DNA of 62,734 nt, the filler included, from Candidatus Babelota bacterium (lineage in GTDB: Bacteria > JAGOBX01), in NCBI GenBank assembly GCA_017999075.1. It is 8 parts of 8 records of this genome, joined end to end, with 100 filler letters (N's around TTAATTAATTAA, not from the genome) between each part and the next. Parts side by side here need not be neighbours in the genome. Positions count along the whole stretch, not along the records: positions 1 to 3,279 come from JAGOBX010000471.1; positions 3,380 to 6,651 come from JAGOBX010000472.1; positions 6,752 to 22,031 come from JAGOBX010000027.1; 5 more parts are not named here. One strand, written 5' to 3'. The position numbers and the translations under genes are program-made. The notes beneath the pieces were generated by a model, which was not told the origin of the DNA, ran no database searches, and was given only the letters and a program-made list of their open reading frames with translations. This document shows, piece after piece, positions 1-9,207 of this stretch. Positions within the stretch are counted from its first letter, which is position 1. Every line of letters begins with the position of its first letter.

Positions 1-268
1 AAACCTTTTTAAATTTGAAATCATTATTTTATTATATAGAAAAAAAAAAAATATTCAATATAAAAAAAATATATTTAAAAAATATTTTTTATTGAATAAT
101 AGGTATGTCAATAAAACTAAAAAAATAAATAATAAAGAATATAATCTTTTTATCAAGTTTAAAATATAATTGACAAATTAAAAAATGATTATAATATTTT
201 ATTGTTTAATATGTGATTTTTCCAAATTATTTATAATATGTAATTTTTTTAAGGAAAATGGTTGGTAG

Positions 269-1048
269 ATGGCTACAATAATTTCAATTGTGAATCAGAA
301 AGGCGGAGTTGGAAAAACTACTACAGCAGTTAATTTATCTGCGAGTTTAGCTATTTTAGGGAAAAAAGCATTACTGATAGATATTGATCCTCAAGGCAAT
401 GCTACTTCAGGGTTGGGAATCGGTAAAGAAAAACTTGTGAACAGTATTTACAATGTTTTCATAGACGATACCCCGCTTGAAAACACAATAAGAAATACAG
501 GGATTGAGAATCTTCATATGATTCCTGCAAATAATGATTTAATCGGAGCTAATATTGAGCTTCATAATATTGAAAATAAAGAGCGGATTTTACGTGATAA
601 AACGGAAAAATCAAGATATAAATATGATTATATTTTAATTGATTGCCCGCCTTCTCTTGGTTATTTGACTTTAAATGCATTAGTGGCTTCAGACTCAGTC
701 CTTATTCCTTTACAGTGCGAATTTTTTGCAATGGAAGGATTAGCGCAATTGATAAATACGTTTAATTTAGTAAAAAGCCGACTTAATAATGATTTGATAA
801 TACAAGGTATTTTATTGACTATGTTTGACAGAACAGCGCATATATCAGTTGAAGTTGAAAAAGAAGTAAGAACTCATTTTTCAGATAAAGTATTTAATAC
901 CACAATTCCGCGTGACACCAAACTCACTGAATCGCCGAGTTTCGGCAAGCCGGTTATGTTGTATGATATTATATGCAAAAGTTCTACCGCATATATGTTG
1001 TTGGGGAAGGAGGTAATATCGTTAAATGCAAAAACAGGTGTTAGGTAA
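269..1048 (+). CDS. parA: ParA/Soj chromosome partitioning ATPase
   Basis: Deviant Walker A NQKGGVGKTTT, DIDPQGN, IDCPPSLG, PLQCEFFAMEG; overlaps parB. Confidence 0.96.
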   Translation: MATIISIVNQKGGVGKTTTAVNLSASLAILGKKALLIDIDPQGNATSGLGIGKEKLVNSIYNVFIDDTPLENTIRNTGIENLHMIPANNDLIGANIELHNIENKERILRDKTEKSRYKYDYILIDCPPSLGYLTLNALVASDSVLIPLQCEFFAMEGLAQLINTFNLVKSRLNNDLIIQGILLTMFDRTAHISVEVEKEVRTHFSDKVFNTTIPRDTKLTESPSFGKPVMLYDIICKSSTAYMLLGKEVISLNAKTGVR

Positions 1049-1910
1049 AGGGCTTGATGCGCTGATACCGGAAAATACAAAAATGCCGGAGAGTCCTAAA
1101 GATAATATAGTTAAAATTATAAATATTAACAAAATTATTCCGAATATGTATCAGCCGAGAAAAACTTTTGAAGAATCAAAAATTCAGGAACTGGCAGATT
1201 CAATCAAATCAAAAGGTATATTAAATCCTATAATTGCAAGGGAAGAAGGAACTGACAGATATCAGATAATTGCGGGTGAACGCAGATGGCGCGCTGCAAA
1301 AATTGCAGGGATAGAAAATATTCCTGTTATTATTCAAAAGGTTGACAATAAAGAAATGCTTGAATTGTCGATAATCGAAAATATTCAGAGAGACGATTTG
1401 AATTCAATAGAAGAAGCAGAAGCATACCAATCTCTTCTTAAGGAGTTTAATTTAACGCACGAGGAAATTTCGCTGCGTGTAGGTAAAAGCAGAACTTCTA
1501 TAACAAACATATTGAGATTGTTGAAACTGCCTTATGAAATAAAAGACGGATTGAGAAAAAATATTATTTCAATGGGTCATGCGAGAGCAATATTAGGGTT
1601 GGATAACGAAGGAGATATGTTAAGGTTATTCAATACAATTGTTAATGACGGTATTTCTGTAAGAGAAACAGAACGGTTGGTAAAAAAATTGTTGAAACAA
1701 AACGAAGATGACGAGGAATCATCTTCAAAACCGCCATTAAAATCAAAGATTACCGTAGAGATTAGAATGATGGAAGAAGAATTGATGGAATATCTCGGGA
1801 CTAAAGTTCATATTAAAGATAAAAAACATCGTGGGAAAATTGTAATAGAATATTACAGTTTAGATGATTTTGAAAGGATACTTGATAAAATAAAAAATGA
1901 GACCAGCTAA
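1026..1910 (+). CDS. parB: ParB/Spo0J partition protein
   Basis: LGKGLDALI N-terminus, QPRK box, GERRWRA, IENIQRDDL, HTH, C-terminal GKIVIEY dimerisation motif. Confidence 0.96.
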   Translation: MQKQVLGKGLDALIPENTKMPESPKDNIVKIININKIIPNMYQPRKTFEESKIQELADSIKSKGILNPIIAREEGTDRYQIIAGERRWRAAKIAGIENIPVIIQKVDNKEMLELSIIENIQRDDLNSIEEAEAYQSLLKEFNLTHEEISLRVGKSRTSITNILRLLKLPYEIKDGLRKNIISMGHARAILGLDNEGDMLRLFNTIVNDGISVRETERLVKKLLKQNEDDEESSSKPPLKSKITVEIRMMEEELMEYLGTKVHIKDKKHRGKIVIEYYSLDDFERILDKIKNETS

Positions 1911-2985
1911 TATTTTTAACGTAATTCCAGGAGTTAAATTAGCAAGACCGGTTTATAATTCTGAAGCCAATATATTACTTAATAAAAATTCGGTTTTGTC
2001 TGAAAAATATATTGAACGTATAAAAAATATAGGCGTTAGAACTATTTTTATTGAGGATGAGATTTCAGATGGGATTTTTATCAATGATGTTATTTGTGAA
2101 GAAAACAGAGTAGAAGCTGTAAAATTTATAAGGAAGCTTTTAAAATTTTGTGAAGCTGTTAAAGAACCGCATAAAATAAAGTTGGATCTGGATAATCTTT
2201 TTGCAATTGTAAAAAAACTGGTTGATGACTTATGGTTAAATAAAAGTAAAGTTTTTACCCCGTCTATAGATGTAAAAAATGCTGAAAATTATACTGCTGC
2301 TCATTCTGTAAATACTGCAATAATATCAATGGTTATAGGCCTTGGACTTCAATGGACAAAAGAAGATATTATTGAACTTGGAATAGGCGCAATACTGCAT
2401 GATGTCGGTAAAACCAAAATTCCTAATTCTATACTTGATAAGCCTGGAAGATTAACCAATGAAGAATATGATATAATTAAAACTCATTCCGAACACGGGT
2501 ATAAAATTTTAAAAAATATTCAGAATTTATCTGAAGATATTCTTTTTGTAAGCTGGCAGCATCATGAAAAAGTAAACGGACAGGGATATCCTGAAGGTTT
2601 GACAGAAAAAGATATTCTGGAAAATGCCAAAATAGTCGCGCTTGCTGATGTATTTGACGCATTGACTTCTGACAGAGTTTATAAAAATAGAATGCCTGCT
2701 GATATGGCGATAAAAATCATACTCGGAGCTTCCGGTTCACATTTTAGTTCAATATATACCTCTGTGTTTGATAATTATGCGCAGATGTATCCTCCGGGTT
2801 CTATAGTGCAGTTAACCAATGGTATGTTAGGCATTGTTTTAAGTTATAAAAATAAAACTAATTATAAATTACGCATATTTACCGATGAAAATAAAAAAAA
2901 ACTTGATACTTTTTTAATTATGGATATGAGTAAAGAAAAAAAATTGAGAATTATTAAGACTCTTGACGATTTACACTATACTTGA
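1897..2985 (+). CDS. HD-GYP domain cyclic-dinucleotide phosphodiesterase
   Basis: HSVNTA, LHDVGK, HHEKVNGQGYP, ADVFDALTSDRVYK motifs. Confidence 0.92.
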   Translation: MRPANIFNVIPGVKLARPVYNSEANILLNKNSVLSEKYIERIKNIGVRTIFIEDEISDGIFINDVICEENRVEAVKFIRKLLKFCEAVKEPHKIKLDLDNLFAIVKKLVDDLWLNKSKVFTPSIDVKNAENYTAAHSVNTAIISMVIGLGLQWTKEDIIELGIGAILHDVGKTKIPNSILDKPGRLTNEEYDIIKTHSEHGYKILKNIQNLSEDILFVSWQHHEKVNGQGYPEGLTEKDILENAKIVALADVFDALTSDRVYKNRMPADMAIKIILGASGSHFSSIYTSVFDNYAQMYPPGSIVQLTNGMLGIVLSYKNKTNYKLRIFTDENKKKLDTFLIMDMSKEKKLRIIKTLDDLHYT

Positions 2986-3101
2986 GGCAGTAATCGGCAG
3001 CGAAAAGTATTATATAAAAATTATTGATTTTTATATTTAATTTTAGTAATATAATTTTATTCATAAAATAATAATTTAGATTTAATAAATTGGAGGCAGG
3101 G

Positions 3102-3279
3102 ATGACTTTGCTGGATAGAGTTATTTCTATTGCAAAAAAAATAAGCAATATACATATGTCGAGAACTTTTTTTCTTGTAACAGTTATAATATTAAATACT
3201 GTAATTACTAATATAATCTGGAATATTAAATCTGATAAATACAGGATTGATATTAAACAGAATTTTGCTTTGAAAAAAG
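3102..3279 (+). CDS. Membrane-anchored protein, 5' fragment truncated by contig end
   Basis: GGAGG RBS before ATG 3102; one hydrophobic segment; frame open to the gap. Confidence 0.55.
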
Positions 3280-3379
3280 NNNNNNNNNNNNNNNNNNNNN
3301 NNNNNNNNNNNNNNNNNNNNNNNTTAATTAATTAANNNNNNNNNNNNNNNNNNNNNNNNNNNNNNNNNNNNNNNNNNNN
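3280..3379. other. Artificial contig linker (same structure at 6652-6751, 22032-22131, 37404-37503, 40768-40867, 44128-44227, 59393-59492)
   Basis: N runs flanking the six-frame stop TTAATTAATTAA, exactly 100 nt each. Confidence 0.99.
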
Positions 3380-3759
3380 ATCGACAAAAAAAATAAAATT
3401 ACAATAGATAAATAATTTTTATCGATAAAAATTATACTTAAAGAAATAAATAAAAATATGGATTCAATAAAAAAAAAATAAGTATAATTATTTTTCCAGC
3501 ATATATAAGTATAAAAAGATGAAATCAGAATCAAAGGAATAGCAATAAAAAATACTGAAACAGGTCTTGATGTTTTATTATAAAAAACAGGTTGAGGTTT
3601 AATTTTATATAATTTGATTAAAAAAACCAGTATAACCGTTACAATATAAAAAGGCGCAAATTCATAATATTTATTGTAAATCCATTGTTCCCGCAGCCAT
3701 AAAAAGTTTTTATGAAAAATAAATATATAAAAAAAAATTAATAAAAAGAAAACTGGCAT
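3380..3759 (-). CDS. Integral membrane protein, truncated by contig end
   Basis: Several hydrophobic segments; ATG overlaps the upstream gene's TAA. Confidence 0.6.
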
Positions 3760-4631
3760 TATTTTTTTTTTATTATTTCAACAATTTTATTTATTAATTT
3801 TTTATCCTTCAATAGAATAATATCGCTTGGAAGTTGGGCATTTATCAATTTTTCGGATATATCCGACACTATGAAATAAAAAGGTATGTTTGAATATTTT
3901 TCAGTCTGTTTCAATGTTAAATAAACAGATAAAGCGTTAAATTCACCAAGATTGTATTCTGAAAAAATATAATCAAATTTTTTTTTTGTAAGTTCATACA
4001 AAATTTCAATAAACCCGGGAGCAAAATAAAAATCAAATAATGATTGGGTATTAAAAGACTTTGATAATGTGCTGAATATAAAATTGGTATTTCCGCAGAC
4101 AAGTATATTTTTTTTTATGACAATTTCTTCAGAATTAATTTCATTACTGTTATCAAAAATATTTTCGATTTGATTAATTAGGTTTACAAGTTTTTTTTTG
4201 TATTCAGAAGAAACATTGAATTCGGAATTTTTCAAAAAATAGTCTTTAATTACTTCTGCAAGCAAATCATTGAACAGAATACAGCTGTCAAATGTAGACT
4301 CTTTATTGCTTGATTGTATATTAAATTTATTAAGAACATAATCCAATATTTCTTCGATGCAAAAAGAAACCTCACTGATAAATTTAAATCCATAGGAGTA
4401 ACCTGTCCCTTTTATGCTGTGTGCGGTTCGGTTGCAGTCGTAAATAATATCTTTGTATTCAGAAATATCAGTTTGTTCGGAAAGAAAAAAAAGCTGTTTA
4501 TCAAGTTTTGCGGTTTTTTCTAATATATCAGATAAATAATTTTTTCTGACAGAATTAAAATATTCATAATCTTCATCTGTAAAATTAACATCGTATTTTT
4601 GTTTTAAAAATTTTTCTTTAAGCATAAGCAT
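3759..4631 (-). CDS. Hpt (histidine phosphotransfer) domain protein with degenerate C-terminal receiver domain
   Basis: AHSIKGTGYSYGF Hpt motif; C-terminal REC-like fold lacking the canonical Asp residues. Confidence 0.8.
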   Translation of the reverse strand: MLMLKEKFLKQKYDVNFTDEDYEYFNSVRKNYLSDILEKTAKLDKQLFFLSEQTDISEYKDIIYDCNRTAHSIKGTGYSYGFKFISEVSFCIEEILDYVLNKFNIQSSNKESTFDSCILFNDLLAEVIKDYFLKNSEFNVSSEYKKKLVNLINQIENIFDNSNEINSEEIVIKKNILVCGNTNFIFSTLSKSFNTQSLFDFYFAPGFIEILYELTKKKFDYIFSEYNLGEFNALSVYLTLKQTEKYSNIPFYFIVSDISEKLINAQLPSDIILLKDKKLINKIVEIIKKK

Positions 4632-4647
4632 ATAATTAGATGATAAT

Positions 4648-5013
4648 TTATAAATATTTTTTTATGCGCGCATAAAACTCGGAAGGACTGAATGGTTTGG
4701 TTATGTATTCGGTTGCTCCTGAATCATATCCTTTAATAACATCATTCTCATTACTTTTTGCTGAAAGCATGATTATAGGAGTTTTCTTGTATTTATCAAT
4801 TTCTCTTATTTTTTTTAATGCATAAATCCCGTCAAAAACAGGCATCATAATATCAAGTATTATCACATCGTATGTTTTTGAAATATCACCTATTTTTTGA
4901 AGAGCTTCCTCGCCATTTTGAACATAATCAAGAAAATGTCCTTCTTTCGAAAGTTTAAATCTTATAAGTTGTTCCACCTGTTTTTCATCGTCAGCAAGTA
5001 AAAACAGAGCCAT
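4648..5013 (-). CDS. Single-domain response regulator (CheY-like)
   Basis: LADDE, ILDIMMP, MLSA, KPFS motifs. Confidence 0.93.
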   Translation of the reverse strand: MALFLLADDEKQVEQLIRFKLSKEGHFLDYVQNGEEALQKIGDISKTYDVIILDIMMPVFDGIYALKKIREIDKYKKTPIIMLSAKSNENDVIKGYDSGATEYITKPFSPSEFYARIKKYL

Positions 5014-5052
5014 TTATTATTCTTCCTTTTTTAATAATAAACAATAAAATTT

Positions 5053-6378
5053 TTATTTTTTAATTTTGATAATTTCTTTTATTTTACTTATTACAGCATC
5101 ATTGGCTATAGGCTTTGTTAATATATTATCAACGCCGGCTTTTATAATTTTTATAACTTCGTTTTGAGTTATCTGGTCGCATACTGCAATAATATAAGTT
5201 TTTTCTAAAGAACATTTTTTTTCATGTTCACGTATAGATGCCGCTATATCAGCAAGTTCATTTATATCAAGTTCGATTATCACTGAATTAGGTTCATTTT
5301 TTATATATTGATTTATTATATCATCTTTATTTCCTGCATCTATTATATTAAAATTAAATGGAGCAAGAAAATGTTTTATTATTCTTAGGCTGTATGATTG
5401 CTGTTCGTTTAATAAAATTTTAATGTCTTTAAGTTTAATTTTTGTCTCTTCATTGCGGTTGCTTCTCCGCTCATCTATGTAATAATTGCTGCCGGTCATA
5501 GCTTTTGCTTTTTTTTTAACCATGACTGCAGTATCAGATATTTCGAATATTGAATGAAAATTATAATTAATTGAAGGAACAACGCCTATAGACAAAGATA
5601 CAAATCCGTATTTACGTTTTACTCCGTCTCTTCCAGCGGCGGTTATTCCGCCGGCTCTTATATCATTAGGCGTATAAAACTGTTTTATATTTGCATCAAA
5701 CTCTTTTATAAAATTAGCTAGCTGAGCTTCAAAATTTTCCGCATGCAGTATTAAAATAAAATCATCGCCGCCAATATGGCCTATAAAATTTTGTTTATCA
5801 GAACCGAACAATTTTTTTAAACAGTCTGCTGTATAAAGAAGAACTTTATCTCCTTTGTCAAATCCATAAAAATCATTGTAAACTTTAAAATTATCAAGAT
5901 CAATATAACAGAAATAAAATGGTTTTTTCTTTGCCAGAAGGTCGTTGGTATAGTTAGAAATCACATTATTGCCAGGTAAACCAGAAAGGGGGTTCAATGC
6001 CGATAGCTTTTTTCTTAAACTTAATGTTTGCTTTATATGAGAAAGCATAATGGAAGGCGAACAAGGTTTGATAATATAATTGTCTGCGCCGTATTCAAAA
6101 CCTTTGATTATATCCTGTTCTTTGCCTTTTCCTGAAAGGATAATAACAGGTATTGAAACAAAAGCGGCAATAGATCTGAATTTTTCAAGAAATTCATAAC
6201 CGTTCATTTCTGGCATTATAATATCAAGTATCACCAAATCAGGGATAAATGTTTCAAGCTGTATAAAAGCTTCTTTTCCATTTATAGAATGTTTTACAAC
6301 ATATTCTCCAGTGCTTAATTTATCAATAAGCATCTGAGCAATCCATTTATCATCTTCAACAATAAGTATTTTTTCCAT
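5053..6378 (-). CDS. Response regulator-diguanylate cyclase-like protein (REC-GGDEF-REC)
   Basis: N-terminal REC (VEDD, LDIIMP, KP); NPLSGLPGN, DLDNFKVYND, HIGGDDF; degenerate C-terminal REC. Confidence 0.9.
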   Translation of the reverse strand: MEKILIVEDDKWIAQMLIDKLSTGEYVVKHSINGKEAFIQLETFIPDLVILDIIMPEMNGYEFLEKFRSIAAFVSIPVIILSGKGKEQDIIKGFEYGADNYIIKPCSPSIMLSHIKQTLSLRKKLSALNPLSGLPGNNVISNYTNDLLAKKKPFYFCYIDLDNFKVYNDFYGFDKGDKVLLYTADCLKKLFGSDKQNFIGHIGGDDFILILHAENFEAQLANFIKEFDANIKQFYTPNDIRAGGITAAGRDGVKRKYGFVSLSIGVVPSINYNFHSIFEISDTAVMVKKKAKAMTGSNYYIDERRSNRNEETKIKLKDIKILLNEQQSYSLRIIKHFLAPFNFNIIDAGNKDDIINQYIKNEPNSVIIELDINELADIAASIREHEKKCSLEKTYIIAVCDQITQNEVIKIIKAGVDNILTKPIANDAVISKIKEIIKIKK

Positions 6379-6415
6379 AAAACACGATATTTATTTTATA
6401 TATATTAATTTTTTA

Positions 6416-6444
6416 ATTATATCCTTAAAAAACAAAAATGTCAA
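6416..6444 (-). promoter_or_regulatory. Consensus sigma70 promoter for the REC-GGDEF operon
   Basis: TTGACA-N17-TATAAT on the minus strand, 37 nt upstream of ATG 6378. Confidence 0.75.
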
Positions 6445-6576
6445 ATTTTTAATTAATTTTTTAATGAATCTGATATTATTGAAACCAAAAATTTTATCTT
6501 ATTTTAAAACTGATTTCCTTTAAATTCAGATTTATCCTCAGATATTGAAAATTTCTGGAAAATTAAAAATTCGTTC

Positions 6577-6605
6577 TTGACAAATCTTGAATTTTAAAAT
6601 AAAAT
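6577..6605 (+). promoter_or_regulatory. Divergent sigma70-like promoter (target beyond contig end)
   Basis: TTGACA-N17-TAAAAT. Confidence 0.5.
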
Positions 6606-6761
6606 GCAACAAAACTTACTTTAGAATTCAAAAAAAGTAGGTGGGTTTTTTNNNNNNNNNNNNNNNNNNNNNNNNNNNNNNNNNNNNNNNNNNNNTTAAT
6701 TAATTAANNNNNNNNNNNNNNNNNNNNNNNNNNNNNNNNNNNNNNNNNNNNGGAGGTTAAA

Positions 6762-8504
6762 ATGAGTATGAAATGCAGATTATTGTTTTTAATAGTATTT
6801 ATTATTTTCTGCTGCGCTATAACCATTAGCGCCGATGATATCAGCGATATAAAGGCCGATATTAAATATTTAAAGGACCAGATAGACTTTCAAAAAGCAA
6901 TGACAGACGAATTGTTAAGCGCTCAGACAGACGCCGGAGACAAATCGACTTTTAAAATGGCGGGGTTTATAGAATTTCGTTATGAAAATATGGATATAAA
7001 AAACGGAGAGTACACAACTGCTACTCCTAATGGTTCTGCAGTAGCGTATAAATTATGGAAAAGCCAGCTTCCAGGCCAGTTTTCAGTAAGAAATCTGAAT
7101 TTGTATTTTGATTATTCTTATGGCCCGAAAGTGAGAGCATTGTTAGAAGTTAAGCTTCTTCCGAACCCTACAGGTGACGATGAGTTTTTGTTAGATGCTC
7201 AGACTGTAACAAATGATGGAAACGGAAGTTTTATAAGTTTTGGATCAACATATATCGAAAGAGCTTATTTAGATTATAAAATAAGTGATTTTTTTAAAAT
7301 TCAATTCGGAAAATTTTTAACTCCGTTTGGAATATGGAATGTTGAACACGGAGCTCCTATATTGCCTTCAATCAGAGTTCCTGCCACAATATCTTACGGA
7401 TTTTTTCCAAACAATCAAATGGGTATAAATTTTCATGGGAATAAACTTCTTGGCAGCTGGGAATTCGATTATAATTTATATGTATCGAACGGAAGAGCTG
7501 TTTAGGGCATTGAAAACAATGAAAATAAAGGAATCGGAGCAGGAATTAATTTTAAAGCTCCAACAAAATTCTTGAAAAAACTTGTATTCGGCGCATCATA
7601 TTATACAGGAAAAGAAGTTCTTGAAGCACAACAGAAATATTATGCGCAGTATTATAACACTGCAGGTGAAACAGAATTATTGACATTCTATGATTCTATA
7701 CGTAATGCTGCAGATGAATATTCAGTAGCGTTTCATCTTGCAACAGGATATAAAAAACTTGAATTGAACGCTGAATATATTTTAAATAAAATTGATTATG
7801 AAAACAATGTAGGTATTGACAATTTGAATTACAGATTGTTTTACAGACCTGACAATGTTTCATTGATAGACGGAACAGCAACAACTTTAAAAACAAGTAT
7901 AAACGCTACCTATGCAGGGATGAACACAGCTAATCCTAATTTAGGAGGCTTTACTGTTGCACAATTTTTAGGCATTAATGATGCAACAACATTAGCTGCT
8001 GCAAGCGCTTTAGTAACTGCTTCAGTTTTGGATGCAACTACAAAAGCTCAACTGTTGGCAGGATTAGGTGCAGGTATGGCTACCGGAAAAACAACTTTCG
8101 GTCAATTGAGAGATTCAGTTACTCCTAAAGAAGCTACAAATTATATGGCTGCAACAGGTAATACAACAAAATATGGTTATGCTAGTCCATTGGCAACTTT
8201 AAAAGCTACACGTAAGGGTTATTATGTGATGGCAAGATATTTATTATCTTCAAAAGTATATCCTTATGTTTATTATGAAAGCGCAGATCCTGGCGATAAC
8301 GACGTATTTCCGCCAGTTAAATTATGGGTTTTTGGAATAAATTATAAACCTGTTCCTGTTGTTACATTCAAAACAGAATACAGTATTCAGAAATTCAAAA
8401 AAGAAGGTATAACTACAGGATATACTGGTACAGCGGCCACAATCGCATCGACGCGCTGCGAAGATTTTGATTATTTCCAGGTTTCAGTATCATACGCGTT
8501 TTAA
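6762..8504 (+). CDS. Outer-membrane beta-barrel porin-like protein interrupted by one in-frame TAG at 7503-7505
   Basis: ORFs 6762..7505 and 7572..8504 share a frame; intervening codons read GIENNENKGIGAGINFKAPTKF; signal peptide, coiled coil, ERAYLDY..KIQFGKFLTPFGIWN, C-terminal beta-signal VSVSYAF; GGAGG RBS. Confidence 0.85.
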
Positions 8505-8537
8505 TTTAAATTTTAAGGTAAAGGAGGTAGAATAGAT

Positions 8538-9008
8538 ATGATTAAGAAATTAGTTATAACGATGATAATAATCACAGCGTTTTGTTTTTCCGCGTTCAGC
8601 GAACCGAAACCTGACGATCTGGTATTCTTCGCAAATAAAGCGTCGGTAAAACAAACCGATTTAAGTTTGAAAGAATTAGAACAAATTTATTTAAGTAAAT
8701 TAACAGCGTGGCCTGATAAAAAAAGCGGGAGCATCACGCCTTTTAATATAGCTATGGATACTCCGGAACGCGATTCGCTTCAGAAAAGCGTTTTGAAGAT
8801 GTCTTCTGAAGACGAAAAGAAATATTGGGTTCAGAAGAGAATAGAAGGTAAGGAAAACCCTCCTGAAAGTAAAAAATCCGCTGCAATGGTTCAGATGATG
8901 GTGTCAAAAATGAACGGAGCAGTAGGATATTGTTTTTATAAAGATATTCAGGCGAGCATAAAAGACGCTATAATAATTTTAAAGATTGACGGAAAAGAAG
9001 GATTATAG
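8538..9008 (+). CDS. Small secreted periplasmic-binding-protein-like protein (phosphate ABC substrate-binding-like family)
   Basis: Signal peptide; LSLKELEQIYLSKLTAWPD and GAVGY motifs; AGGAGG RBS; lies between porin and MCP. Confidence 0.75.
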   Translation: MIKKLVITMIIITAFCFSAFSEPKPDDLVFFANKASVKQTDLSLKELEQIYLSKLTAWPDKKSGSITPFNIAMDTPERDSLQKSVLKMSSEDEKKYWVQKRIEGKENPPESKKSAAMVQMMVSKMNGAVGYCFYKDIQASIKDAIIILKIDGKEGL

Positions 9009-9014
9009 TATAAT

Positions 9015-9107
9015 ATATTTTAATGTGTGGCCGGAATATTCCGGTTACACGTTAAAATATTTATTATTTGCCGGAAGTCAAAAGAACTGGATTTCCGGCA
9101 TATAATA
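9015..9107 (+). promoter_or_regulatory. Two tandem stem-loops between the PBP-like gene and the MCP (terminator/attenuator or mRNA stabiliser)
   Basis: 9015-9060 is a near-perfect inverted repeat whose only three mismatches are G-U pairs; 9062-9107 has stem TGCCGGAAGTC/GATTTCCGGCA. Confidence 0.65.
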
Positions 9108-9207
9108 TATATAATTATGAATAACCTTAAAAAAATGATTTTGATAATCATAAATCAGTAATCAATAATTTGGGTTGAGAAAAATTATTTGTAAGGATGG
9201 TTGCATT

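Noticed and set aside
1-3279. parS site, oriC or consensus promoter near parAB
   Set aside because: No TGTTTCACGTGAAACA-like palindrome or DnaA-box cluster noticed; TTGACA(170)/TATAAT(190) spacing is only 14 nt
7572-8504. Independent gene starting at TTG 7572
   Set aside because: No signal peptide or RBS; it is the in-frame C-terminal half of the porin
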